Shown here piece after piece: positions 1 through 9,454 of a stretch of 64,000 nt of DNA. How positions within the stretch are numbered: position 1 is the stretch's first letter; each line of letters begins with the position of its first letter. The stretch spans positions 128,001 to 192,000 of the forward strand of contig CAWAHW010000001.1 of assembly GCA_963781885.1 (NCBI GenBank), given 5' to 3'. A program made the position numbers and the translations under genes. The notes under the pieces are model-generated. The model ran no database searches. It had not been told where the DNA came from and worked only from the letters and a program-made list of their open reading frames with translations. The DNA comes from an uncultured Spirochaetota bacterium. Its GTDB lineage: Bacteria > Spirochaetota > Spirochaetia > SZUA-6 > Fen-1364.

Positions 1-750
1 GGCACGGAGGAAGAGGTGAAGCTCCTCCGTACGGCGGCAGAGGCGCTCGCGCCGCTGGGAGTGCCCCTCATTGCGAGCATCTCGGCGGACACGGTGGATG
101 CCTTCGGCGCCGCTGCCGCCCTGATCGCGCAGGCGGGCCCCGCGTTCATAGAAGTGAACATATCCTGCCCGAACGTCCAGGCGGAGCACGGCGAGATGTT
201 CGCTTCCTCTGCGCGATCCGCCGCGGCAGTCACCGCCGCGGTGAAGGCCGCCACCGCCATCCCGTGCATCGTGAAGCTGTCACCCAATGTGCCCGACATC
301 GCCGGCATCGCGCGCGCCGTGGTCTCCGAAGGCGCAGATGCAATCACTGCCATCAACACCATGCCGGGCATGCTCGTGGACGCGGAAAGCGGGATGCCCG
401 TGCTCGCAAACCGCGCGGGAGGCATATCGGGTGCGGCGCTGAAGCCCATTGCGCTGCGCTGCGTGGCGGAGATCGCCGCGGCGGTGTCCGTGCCCATCAT
501 CGGGACCGGCGGCGTGCTTACCGGCACTGATGCCGTGGAGATGCTATCGGCAGGGGCCACGTGCGTCGGGGTCGGCACGGCCATCGCGAGCCGCGGCGCG
601 CAGGCGTTCGGCCTGATACGGGAGGAACTCACGGCCTGGCTGCGCGAGCGCGGCTACACGTCACTGGACCAGGTGCGCGGCCGGGTGCAAAGGCCTCGTG
701 CGCCCTCCTTCACCAATCCCCCGCCAGTCCCCGGGGAAGGCGCATCATGA
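1..750 (+). CDS. pyrD: Dihydroorotate dehydrogenase family 1B catalytic subunit (5' end outside window)
   Basis: EVNISCPN active-site loop, VKLSPN, AINT, GGISG..LKPIA, IIGTGG; frame is open from position 1. Confidence 0.9.
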   Translation, partial: GTEEEVKLLRTAAEALAPLGVPLIASISADTVDAFGAAAALIAQAGPAFIEVNISCPNVQAEHGEMFASSARSAAAVTAAVKAATAIPCIVKLSPNVPDIAGIARAVVSEGADAITAINTMPGMLVDAESGMPVLANRAGGISGAALKPIALRCVAEIAAAVSVPIIGTGGVLTGTDAVEMLSAGATCVGVGTAIASRGAQAFGLIREELTAWLRERGYTSLDQVRGRVQRPRAPSFTNPPPVPGEGAS

Positions 751-1502
751 GCGGCCCCATGGTCGAAACGGCATCCCTTCCCTTCGCCGCGCGGATCACC
801 GAAAAGACGCAGGAGAACGCCCGCACGGTCATGCTGACGCTGGACGCCGCGCTGGAATGCGCGCCGGGGCAGTTCGCCATGGTCTGGCTGCCCGGTATCG
901 ATGAAAAGCCTTTCAGCATCGCCGGTGCAGACCCGCTCAGCTTTGCCGTCTCGCGGGTCGGCCCTTTCAGCGAGGCGCTCCACGGGCTGGAGCCGGGGAC
1001 CGGCTCTGGGTGCGCGGTCCTTTCGGCGCCGGCTTTTCCGCGGGACCCGGCCGCGCGCTCCTGGTCGGGGGCGGTTATGGCGCCGCGCCGCTGGCCTTCC
1101 TTGCCCGCGTGCTCCTTGCGTGCGGCACAAAGGTGGAGGCGGCCCTCGGCGCGCGCGGCGCCGATGACCTCCTGTTCGTGAAGCGCTTCCATTCACTCGG
1201 CGCGGCGGTGCATGCGGCAACGGAGGATGGCAGCGCGGGCGCGCGCGGCCTGATCACCGAGGTGGTGGGTCCTCTCCTGCGTGCCGGCGGCATCGACAGG
1301 CTGTACGCCTGCGGCCCCGAAGCGATGCTCGACGCGCTGGCGGCACTCTGCGGGGAAACCGGGGTGCCCGCCGAGCTTTCATATGAGGCCTACATGCGAT
1401 GCGGCATCGGCATCTGCGGCTCCTGCGAGCACGGCGAACGGCTGGTGTGCCGGGACGGCCCGGTCTTCTCCATGCCCGGCGAGCCGAGCGGGCCGATCAT
1501 GA
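747..1502 (+). CDS. pyrK: Dihydroorotate dehydrogenase electron-transfer subunit; frameshift near 998, 3' end runs in frame into the methyltransferase
   Basis: ATGA overlap with the pyrD stop; PGQF..EKPFSI in one frame, then RGPFG, GGGYG, YACGP, MRCGIGICGSC..VCRDGPVF ([2Fe-2S]) in the next; one G missing from a G run. Confidence 0.85.
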
Positions 1503-2263
1503 CGGCACGGCCATTCTATCGCAAGAACGACGTCACGATCGTCCGCGGGGACGTGCTCTCCACGCGCGCATTGGCCGCTGAGAGCATCGATCTCATCGTC
1601 ACGTCGCCGCCGTACAACGTCGACATCAAATACGGCCGGCACGACGATGCCCTGTCCTACCCGAAGTACCTCGAGTTCAGCCGGCGCTGGCTGGGCCGCT
1701 GTTACGAATGGCTTCGTGACGACGGCAGGCTGTGTCTGAATGTGCCGCTGGACAAGAACAAGGACGGCCAGCAGAGCGTCGGCGCCGATCTCACCTGCAT
1801 CGCAAAGGAGATCGGCTTCCGCTACCACTCCACGATCATCTGGAACGAGGGAAACATATCGCGGCGCACCGCGTGGGGCTCGTGGATGAGCGCCTCCGCC
1901 CCGTACGTCATCGCGCCGGTGGAGCTGATCGTCATCCTTTACCGCAAACACTGGAAACGCAGCACGGGAAGCGGCCAGTCAGATATCGACCGGCGGGATT
2001 TCATGGACTGGACAAATGGCCTGTGGACCTTCAACGGGGAAAGCCGCAAGCGCACTGGTCATCCCGCCCCCTTCCCCCTGGAGCTTCCGCGCAGATGCAT
2101 CAAGCTCTTCAGCTTCGTCGGCGACACGATCCTCGATCCCTTCATGGGAAGCGGCACCACCGTTGTTGCCGCGGCAGGGTGCGGTCGGAAGGCGGTGGGC
2201 ATCGAGATCGAGCAACGCTACTGCAGCCTTGCGCGCGCGCGCGTCGAGAAAGCCGCGCACTGA
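1499..2263 (+). CDS. Site-specific DNA methyltransferase, N4-C/N6-A, beta class
   Basis: IVTSPPY catalytic motif near the N-terminus; HPAPFP and LDPFMGSGTT SAM-binding motif near the C-terminus. Confidence 0.9.
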   Translation: MTARPFYRKNDVTIVRGDVLSTRALAAESIDLIVTSPPYNVDIKYGRHDDALSYPKYLEFSRRWLGRCYEWLRDDGRLCLNVPLDKNKDGQQSVGADLTCIAKEIGFRYHSTIIWNEGNISRRTAWGSWMSASAPYVIAPVELIVILYRKHWKRSTGSGQSDIDRRDFMDWTNGLWTFNGESRKRTGHPAPFPLELPRRCIKLFSFVGDTILDPFMGSGTTVVAAAGCGRKAVGIEIEQRYCSLARARVEKAAH

Positions 2264-2278
2264 TTCAGGCCTCCGCGG

Positions 2279-2764
2279 CTACTCCGCCGCCAGGTGACCC
2301 AGCGGGAGAGGAGAGCCTTCCTTCACCGTGCGCAGGACGACATTGCTCCTGATGTCCTTCACCATCGGCAGCGTGAGCAGCTTGCCAAACAGAAAGCGCT
2401 CGTACCGGGCGATGTCGGGGAAAACCGTCTCCAGGAGGAAGTCGGATTCGCCGGACACGATGTGACACGCGATGATTTCCGGCATTGCGCGGAAGGCCTC
2501 CTGGGCCGCCAGGGCGTTCTCATCACGGTGCCCGTCGACCTTCACGCCGATCATGACGGTCAGGCCCAAGCCCACCGCGCCTCTGTCAAGGTCCGCCCTG
2601 TAGCCGCGGATAAGCCCCGCAGCCTGAAGTGCCCGCACCCGGCGAAGACAGGGGGTCGGCGAGAGGCCGATTCGATCGGCGAGCTCGACATTGCTCAGCC
2701 TCCCATCGCCTTGCAGCGTTGCCAGGATGCGTTGATCGAAACCATCGAGAGTAGGTTTTGGCAT
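2279..2764 (-). CDS. Lrp/AsnC family transcriptional regulator
   Basis: LDGFDQRILATLQGDGRLSNVELADRIGLSPTPCLRRVRAL HTH; VSGESDFLL; GGAG upstream of ATG 2764. Confidence 0.92.
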   Translation of the reverse strand: MPKPTLDGFDQRILATLQGDGRLSNVELADRIGLSPTPCLRRVRALQAAGLIRGYRADLDRGAVGLGLTVMIGVKVDGHRDENALAAQEAFRAMPEIIACHIVSGESDFLLETVFPDIARYERFLFGKLLTLPMVKDIRSNVVLRTVKEGSPLPLGHLAAE

Positions 2765-2889
2765 ATACTGCTCCAAAAGTGAAATTTTTTGGTCTGATCA
2801 ACCATAAATATCCCATCTAGGAGGCTAAAAAGCAATGACATATAAAGCCTTGTGGCGATATTCTCAATCCAAGAAGTGAGGAGGTCATC

Positions 2890-4386
2890 GTGAGCTACTC
2901 CAAGGAATATCAAAGCACCGTGACCGCGCTCGAGGCGTTTACGAAAAGCTCTTCCGCGCGGGAGGGACGGGCGATCCACCAGCCTCCTTTGGCGGACCTT
3001 GTCAAATCGATGGACATCGAACGGCTGATCGCGGAAGGGGGCTTGCAGGGCAAGAGATTCGAACAATTCCTCGCCACCTACCTGTCCGCGGCGACCAGGC
3101 TCCACCACCCCGGCACAATGGCACACCAGGTGGCGGTCCCCGAGCCAATGGGCGCCCTGGGCGCCCTGATCGATGCCACGACGAACAACAGCGCGTCGAT
3201 CTACGAGATGGGTCCGTCGGCAGGCGCCATCGAGCTCGCGCTCCTCAATTGGATGCTGCGCAAGGTCGGATGGTCGCCGGTCCCGCTGCCCCCGGAGGGG
3301 GACGGTTCCGGCGACTTCGGCGGCGGCGTTCTGACGCACGGCGGGTCCCTGGCCAATCTGACGGCACTGATGGCTGCCCGCGCCTCCGCGGCGCCGGAAG
3401 CCTGGCGCGACGGCCTTCCCCGTGACTTCGTGCTCGTCGCGCCGGAAAGCGTCCATTACTCCATCGGCCGCGCAATCGACATCCTCGGCCTCGGCCGCGA
3501 CGCGCTGCGGGCCGCGCCGGTGGACGAGAACGGCAGGATCGAGCCTGCACGGCTGGCCGACTTCATCGCGGAACGGAAGCGCAAGGGGGAAAAGATCCTC
3601 GCCGTCGTGGCGAATGCCTGCCAGACGGCGGCCGGGCTCTTCGATCCCCTGCGCGCGATCGGCCGCATCTGCGCCGACGCCGGGGTATGGCTCCACGTCG
3701 ACGGCGCGCACGGCGCCTCGGCCCTGGTCTCCGCGCGTCACCGAGGGCTCCTGGACGGCATCGAGCTTGCCGATTCCCTCGTCTGGGACGCGCACAAGAT
3801 GCTCCGCACGCCGTCGACGTGCACCGCGGTGCTCGTCCGCGACCACCGGTGGCTGGACAGCGCCTTCCATCAGGAGGCGAGCTACCTCTTCCATGACAAG
3901 GACGAGCCGGGCGTCGACTTCATCCATCGGAGCGTCGAATGCACAAAGGACGGTCTCGGGCTGAAGCTCTTTCTTTCCCTTGCCGCCGAAGGAGAGGCGG
4001 GCGCGGCGCGATTCCTGGATCGCCAGGTCGAGTTGGCCGGGGACGCTGCCCGTTTCATCGCATCGAGACCCGGCCTCGAGCTGGCGATCATGCCCGAGCT
4101 CAACATCCTGTGCTTCCGCGCGGCGGGCAGCGACGAGCTGCAGCTCGCGATCCGCAAGCGGCTCATCGAGGAGGGCATGCACTTCATCTCGACGACCGAG
4201 CTCCGCGGCACGCGCTGGCTCCGGCTCTCGCTCATGAACCCGGCAACGGAGATGGAGGACATACGCTCGCTCGTCGCTGACGTGGAGTGCATCGCCGGGT
4301 GCCTGGCTTCGGGAGGCGCGGGGAACGCCGCGATGCCGCAGGGCGCGGCGGGCGCTCCAGTGCCACGGACTACCGTGGCGCAATGA
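2890..4386 (+). CDS. Group II PLP-dependent amino acid decarboxylase (diaminobutyrate/aromatic amino acid decarboxylase-like)
   Basis: GGSLANL, HYSI, WLHVDGAHG, DSLVWDAHK (PLP lysine); GAGGAGG RBS. Confidence 0.9.
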   Translation: MSYSKEYQSTVTALEAFTKSSSAREGRAIHQPPLADLVKSMDIERLIAEGGLQGKRFEQFLATYLSAATRLHHPGTMAHQVAVPEPMGALGALIDATTNNSASIYEMGPSAGAIELALLNWMLRKVGWSPVPLPPEGDGSGDFGGGVLTHGGSLANLTALMAARASAAPEAWRDGLPRDFVLVAPESVHYSIGRAIDILGLGRDALRAAPVDENGRIEPARLADFIAERKRKGEKILAVVANACQTAAGLFDPLRAIGRICADAGVWLHVDGAHGASALVSARHRGLLDGIELADSLVWDAHKMLRTPSTCTAVLVRDHRWLDSAFHQEASYLFHDKDEPGVDFIHRSVECTKDGLGLKLFLSLAAEGEAGAARFLDRQVELAGDAARFIASRPGLELAIMPELNILCFRAAGSDELQLAIRKRLIEEGMHFISTTELRGTRWLRLSLMNPATEMEDIRSLVADVECIAGCLASGGAGNAAMPQGAAGAPVPRTTVAQ

Positions 4387-4607
4387 CGGCGCAATGAATG
4401 CCACGGATTACCGTGGCGCAATGAATGCCACGGATTACCGTGGCGCAATGAATGCCACGGACTACCGTGGCGCAATGAATGCCACGGACTACCGTGGCGC
4501 AATGAATGCCACGGACTACCGTGGCGCAATGAATGCCACGGACTACCGTGGCGCAATGAATGCCACGGACTACCGTGGCGCAATGAATGCCACGGACTAC
4601 CGTGGCG
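4361..4607. repeat. Tandem array of a 27-bp palindromic REP-like unit TGCCACGG-A(C/T)TA-CCGTGGCG-CAATGAA; 9 hairpin copies
   Basis: Copies start at 4361, 4399, 4426, 4453, 4480, 4507, 4534, 4561, 4588; constant linker, no variable spacers. Confidence 0.97.
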
Positions 4608-4647
4608 GGCTTGCGCAAAGGGCCCCGATCGCCCACGATCTTTGATT

Positions 4648-5139
4648 ATGGCGATACGCGTCATCGTGACGGGGGGGACATTCGACAAGCACTATGACGA
4701 GATACGGGGCAGCCTCACGTTCAAGGATTCCCATCTGCCGGAGATCCTGAGCTTCGTCCGCTGCACGCTTGCCATCGAGCTGGAGATCAACCAGCTCATC
4801 GACAGCCTCGACATGCACATCGCCAACCGCGTGCAGATCCTCGAGTCCTGCCGTCGGGCGGCCGAGGAGCGGATCGTCATCACGCACGGCACAGACACCA
4901 TGGCGGAGACGGCCGCGGTCCTTGGAGCCGCGGCGCTGCCGAAGACGGTCGTGCTCACCGGCGCCATGGTGCCTTACATCTTCAACAACTCGGACGCGGT
5001 CTTCAACCTCGGGTGCGCGGTGACGGCCGTGCAGCTGCTCCCGCGCGGCGTCTACATCGCGATGAACGGCCGTATTTTCCCCTGGAACCGGGTGCGGAAG
5101 AACAAGGAGAAGGGCGTCTTCGAGGAGCTGCCGGCATAA
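4648..5139 (+). CDS. Short (N-terminal domain only) L-asparaginase family protein
   Basis: [20 protein letters not shown] motifs; 163 aa. Confidence 0.85.
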   Translation: MAIRVIVTGGTFDKHYDEIRGSLTFKDSHLPEILSFVRCTLAIELEINQLIDSLDMHIANRVQILESCRRAAEERIVITHGTDTMAETAAVLGAAALPKTVVLTGAMVPYIFNNSDAVFNLGCAVTAVQLLPRGVYIAMNGRIFPWNRVRKNKEKGVFEELPA

Positions 5140-5177
5140 AAAAAGGGGATGCGGGGGTCCTCGTTCCCCGCATCCCC
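5138..5177 (-). terminator. Rho-independent terminator of the chemoreceptor gene
   Basis: GGGGATGCGGGG/CCCCGCATCCCC 12-bp stem followed by a T7 run on the minus strand. Confidence 0.85.
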
Positions 5178-5195
5178 GATCGTACGCGGCCCCGC

Positions 5196-7346
5196 TTACG
5201 CGACCGCGCTGTGCACCAACACTTTCGCCTCGGTCTGCGCGAGCTCGTGGCCCGCATCGATGACGATCTTGAACTGCGCCGTCATCTTCTGCAGCTCCTG
5301 CGCCATGCGGGAGAGCTGCTCGCGTCGCCGCCGACATCTCCTCGGCCGCCGACGCCGCCGTCTGCGTCACCTCGTTCACGTTCTCCACGGCCTTGGAAAC
5401 CTGCTTCGCGTTCGTCGTCTGCTCCTCGGTCGCCGCGGAGATGCTCTGGCTCATCTCGCTCACGTTGTTCAACGCTGAGGACAGCTCCTTCACCGCGTCC
5501 ACCTGCTGGGTCATCGATTCCGACAGCCCCGCGATCATCTCTTTCACCTTCTGCGACGCGGCCCGGATCTGCTCCATGGCGATCTGCGAGCCCTTCGCCG
5601 TTTCCACGCCCTTCGTGACGTTCTTCACGCTCTCCTTGATGAGCGCCTCGATCTCCTTCGTCGACGCCGAGCTGCGGTCGGCAAGCTTGCTCACCTCGTC
5701 GGCGACCACCGCAAAGCCGCGGCCGTGCTCCCCTGCCCGCGCCGCCTCGATGGAGGCGTTCAGCGCCAGCAGGTTCGTCTGGTCGGCGATGTCGGAGATC
5801 ACCGTCACGATGCCGCCGATCTTCTCCGAGCTGCCCGCGATCAGGTTGATGCCGTCCACCACCTCGGACACCGCCTTGGCTCCCTCCAGCGCGTTGTCCA
5901 CCGACTTGCCCGCAAGACCCGCAATCTCGGTGAGATTCTTCGACACGTCCTCGATCGACTGGTGCACCTGCTGCCATCGAGCTGGAGCCTTCCTCCACCG
6001 CTGCCGCCTGGCGACTGCGCATGCTCGGCAACCTGGTCCACGGATGCGGTCAGCTCCTCCACCGAGGCGCTGGTCTCCTCGAGCGTGGAGGCCTGGCTCT
6101 GCGCGCCCTCGGCGAGCTTCTGCGCGCTGGCAGTGATCTGCTCGCTGGAGGACGACACCTGCTCGGCGCTGTCCTGGATGGTGGCGACCATATCCCGCAG
6201 CTTCACCGACATGCCGTTCAACGAATCGGCGAGGGCGCCGATCTCGTCCTTCTGGTGGATGTCGAGCTGCTGGGTGAAGTCACCTCCCGCGACGAGCTGC
6301 GCAAAGGCAACGCCGCGCGCCAGGGGCTTCGTGATGGTGCGGGAGAACACGAGATAGATCAGGAATGCAAGGACGAGCGCCGCGACGCTGATGATGATGA
6401 TGAGGTTGCGCACGTCGGTGGCGGCCGCCAGGTATTCGGCGTCGGGAAGCGTCAGGGCGACGCTCCAGCCGGTCGCCTTCACGGGCGCGAAGCCCGCGGT
6501 CTTTGGCACGCCCTGGTAGACATAGGATTCAATCCCGCTCGCTCCCGAGATCATCCTTTTCGTGAGCGTCTCCATGCCCGCAAGCTTGGAGATGTCGAGC
6601 GTGAAGATGTTTTCCGTCTTCGGATGCGCGATCACGAGGCCCGTATTGTCCGTGACAAAGGCATAGCCGGTCGTGCCGATCTTTTCCCCGGCGATGATGT
6701 CGTTCAGGAAGCTGATGTCGGCGATCAGAGCGAATGCCCCGACAACCTTGTCTCCCGCGCGGATTGGTGCCGCAAAGGGAGCGAACGGCTTGCCCGTCAC
6801 CTTGTTGCGCGCCGCGGAGCCGGCGTTCACCGTTCCCGCCAGGGCCGTTTTCACGTAACCGCGATCACTGAAGTTCACCCCGAGATAGGCGGGGTCCGAA
6901 GCGGCGAATGCCACGCCGTCCAGCCCGACGACCATAATCACCTGGTAGCTATCCCCTATCCCCTTTGTCGAGCTGATCTTTTTCAGCTTCGCATCGACGC
7001 GGTTCACGAGGTCTGCAGTGGACGATCCCGAGGCCACGACGACCTTCCCGGGCTTTGCCGCGGGCTGCGCGACGGGCACCGCGGGCTTTTCCGCAACCGC
7101 TTGCGCCGCGGCAACGACGTCGTCATCGATCGAGTAGCTGAGGGCGGCCTTCTGCTCCTCGGCGAATACGCGGTCGATCATCTGCGCGATTTCCTGCGAC
7201 CTGCCCGCAAGTTGTTCGTTTTCCACGACCGTCAAACCCGATGTCGCGCGCGAGATCGCGATCACCGCCACGACCAGCAACGGAACGATGATGATGATCG
7301 TCCCGACCAGTACCAGCTTGACGCCAATTTTCATGTTCTTCAGCAT
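5196..7346 (-). CDS. Methyl-accepting chemotaxis protein (TM-dCache-TM-HAMP-signalling), frameshifted near 5960-6010 and 5323
   Basis: [33 protein letters not shown] hairpin tip; [16 protein letters not shown]; GYAFV/IAHP Cache motifs; GAGGAGG RBS; the repaired frame ends ..VHSAVA-TAA. Confidence 0.9.
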
Positions 7347-7397
7347 ATCTTCCTCCTCAGACAGCTAACCCGCCCAGTATTCCTTTATGGTTGATTA

Positions 7398-7413
7398 AGC
7401 AACTCCCATGCCA
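7398..7413 (-). promoter_or_regulatory. Sigma54 (-24/-12) promoter of the chemoreceptor gene
   Basis: Minus strand TGGCAT-GGGAG-TTGCT matches the TGGCAC-N5-TTGCW consensus, about 50 nt upstream of the ATG, next to an AT-rich tract. Confidence 0.75.
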
Positions 7414-7625
7414 AGGGGCAGAAAGGAAATTTCTGACATTTTAGCCATTTAAAAATATCAATTATATCCACAACATTAATTGTATGAGTCATAACTGCTT
7501 CTGTTTCCGATTGAACGTCTTGGCAGGCGGAGCACTTTGTTCCGTTTTCTTGGAACGCATTTGGAACAGTAACGGGCATTGTGCCCGGAGGCGCGGCGAC
7601 TTATTATTCGATAAAAGGCGGCTCC

Positions 7626-8381
7626 ATGCAGGAATATGGAAAGACTTTTGCGGGCGTTTACGACAAGCTGTGGACAGGTTTTGTCCTCAACCTTGCCCCG
7701 GTTCTTCACGCGTTCTATGAGTCCGCCCCCGGGAGCAAAAGGCGAAGGTTGCTCGATGTCTGCTGCGGAACGGGGCAGCTCCTCCTTCATTTCCTCGAGC
7801 ATGGATTCACGGGCACGGGCATCGATCTCTCCGCAGACATGCTGGAGCACGCGGGGCGGAACTGCGCCCGCTATGCCGCCGAGGGAAAGGTCGACTTCAC
7901 GCGCGCCGACGCGGCTGCCTTCGAGGTCCGGGGCTCCTATGATTTTGCGGTGTCGACATATGACGCCCTCAATCACCTCCCGAGCCTTCCCGCGCTCTGG
8001 TCCTGTTTCGCCTGCGTCCATCGGGCGCTCGACCCCGGCGCCCCGTTCATCTTCGACCTGAACACGGAGAAGGGTCTCCAGCGTTGGAACGGCGTCCGGG
8101 TGGAAAACGGCGAGCAGGTCATGCTCGTCAACCGGGGCATCTATACGCGGGGCATGGAGAGGGCCTACACGAAGATCACGGGTTTCGTACGGACCGCGGC
8201 GGACAGCTGGACGCGCTTCGAGGAGACCGCCTACAACACGATCTTCCCCATGGCGCAGGTGGAGGAAGGCCTTCTGAAAACCGGTTTTCAGAGGGTCTCT
8301 TTTGCCTCCTCGCGAAACCTGGCCGAGGCGGTGTCCGATCCCGAAGAGCTGGACCGGGCATTCATCGTCGCGCGGGCTTGA
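7626..8381 (+). CDS. Class I SAM-dependent methyltransferase
   Basis: LLDVCCGTG, GIDLSADML, YDALNHL, LDPGAPFIFD. Confidence 0.88.
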   Translation: MQEYGKTFAGVYDKLWTGFVLNLAPVLHAFYESAPGSKRRRLLDVCCGTGQLLLHFLEHGFTGTGIDLSADMLEHAGRNCARYAAEGKVDFTRADAAAFEVRGSYDFAVSTYDALNHLPSLPALWSCFACVHRALDPGAPFIFDLNTEKGLQRWNGVRVENGEQVMLVNRGIYTRGMERAYTKITGFVRTAADSWTRFEETAYNTIFPMAQVEEGLLKTGFQRVSFASSRNLAEAVSDPEELDRAFIVARA

Positions 8382-8461
8382 CGCGGCCTTGCCGGGGCAG
8401 GCGGCGCGCGCTTGCACAGGCGAAGCAAAGCTGGTATTTCCATTGCACACGGGAGAAAAAG

Positions 8462-9442
8462 ATGCCTGAGCTTTCGACGACCTACATGGGTCTCCGTCTG
8501 AAGAACCCCCTCATCGCCGGGAGCTCCGGCCTGTCGGCGACGCGGGAAGGCCTCGAGGGCCTCCAGGCAAGCGGCGTGGCCGCGGTGGTGCTGAAATCGA
8601 TCTTCGAAGAGGAGATCGCGGCGGAATACGACAGCGTGCTCACCGAGGCAAAGCGCAAGGGCATGAGCCTGGAAAGCTACGATTACTACGACTACCAGGT
8701 TCGCGGCGATCACGTGGAGGAATACGTCGCGTTCGTGCGGCAGGCGAAGAAGACGCTCTCCATCCCCGTGATCGCCAGCGTGAACTGCACCTACTCCCAC
8801 GAGTGGGTGTCTTTTGCCAAGCAGATCGAGGCTGCGGGCGCCGACGGCCTGGAGCTGAACATGTATTTCCTGCCCTCCGAGCTCACGCGCTCCAGCGAGG
8901 AGAGGGAGAAGGAATACCTCCTGATCATCGATCGGATCCTGCACGAGGTCCGCATCCCGATCGCGCTGAAGATCAGCTCGTCATTCTCCACCCTCGGCCA
9001 GATGATCGGGCGGCTGTCGAAGACGGGCGTCGCCGCGCTGGTGCTGTTCAACCGCTTCTATTCGATAGACTTCGACATCGAGAAGATGTGCGTGACAGGG
9101 ACCAACACCCTGAGCAGCGCGGCAGAGCTCGCGGCTCCGCTGCGCTGGATCGCCCTGATGTCGCGCCGTGTGGGGTGCGATCTTGCCGGATCAACCGGCG
9201 TCCACGACGGGGCCGCTCTGGTCAAGCTCCTCCTTGCCGGCGCAAAGGCCGTGCAGGCGGTTTCGGCGCTCTACAAGAACGGCCCGGGCGCCGCCGCGAC
9301 GATGCTCGATTTCCTTTCCGCGTGGATGGACCGGCATCACTTCTCCGCCGTGGCGGATTTCCGCGGCAGCATGAGCCAGGCGGAAAGCGAGGACCCTGCC
9401 GTCTACGAGCGCGTCCAGTTCATGAAGCATTACGCCTCGTAA
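8462..9442 (+). CDS. Dihydroorotate dehydrogenase-like flavoprotein
   Basis: LSTTYMGLRLKNPLIAGSS, VVLKSIFEE, ADGLELN, LVLFNRF, STGVH, YERVQFMK. Confidence 0.85.
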   Translation: MPELSTTYMGLRLKNPLIAGSSGLSATREGLEGLQASGVAAVVLKSIFEEEIAAEYDSVLTEAKRKGMSLESYDYYDYQVRGDHVEEYVAFVRQAKKTLSIPVIASVNCTYSHEWVSFAKQIEAAGADGLELNMYFLPSELTRSSEEREKEYLLIIDRILHEVRIPIALKISSSFSTLGQMIGRLSKTGVAALVLFNRFYSIDFDIEKMCVTGTNTLSSAAELAAPLRWIALMSRRVGCDLAGSTGVHDGAALVKLLLAGAKAVQAVSALYKNGPGAAATMLDFLSAWMDRHHFSAVADFRGSMSQAESEDPAVYERVQFMKHYAS

Positions 9443-9454
9443 GGCCGGCGCGGC

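Noticed and set aside
1010-2263. Genuine PyrK-DNA methyltransferase fusion protein
   Set aside because: Not accepted as real: a single-base correction yields a standard ATGA overlap, and the window is full of similar indels
1499-2764. Restriction-modification or defence island
   Set aside because: No endonuclease, specificity subunit or other defence gene is adjacent; the neighbours are housekeeping genes
2695-4404. Long antisense ORFs (for example 569 aa here, 535 aa at 26487, 504 aa at 22194)
   Set aside because: They lie opposite well-supported genes and have no motifs; such ORFs are expected at high GC
4361-4607. CRISPR array
   Set aside because: The palindromic repeats are separated by an invariant 7-nt linker rather than unique 25-45 nt spacers, and there are no cas genes in the window
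7347-7625. c-di-GMP or other riboswitch upstream of the chemoreceptor
   Set aside because: No recognisable GEMM or other aptamer consensus; the region is explained by a sigma54 promoter and upstream elements
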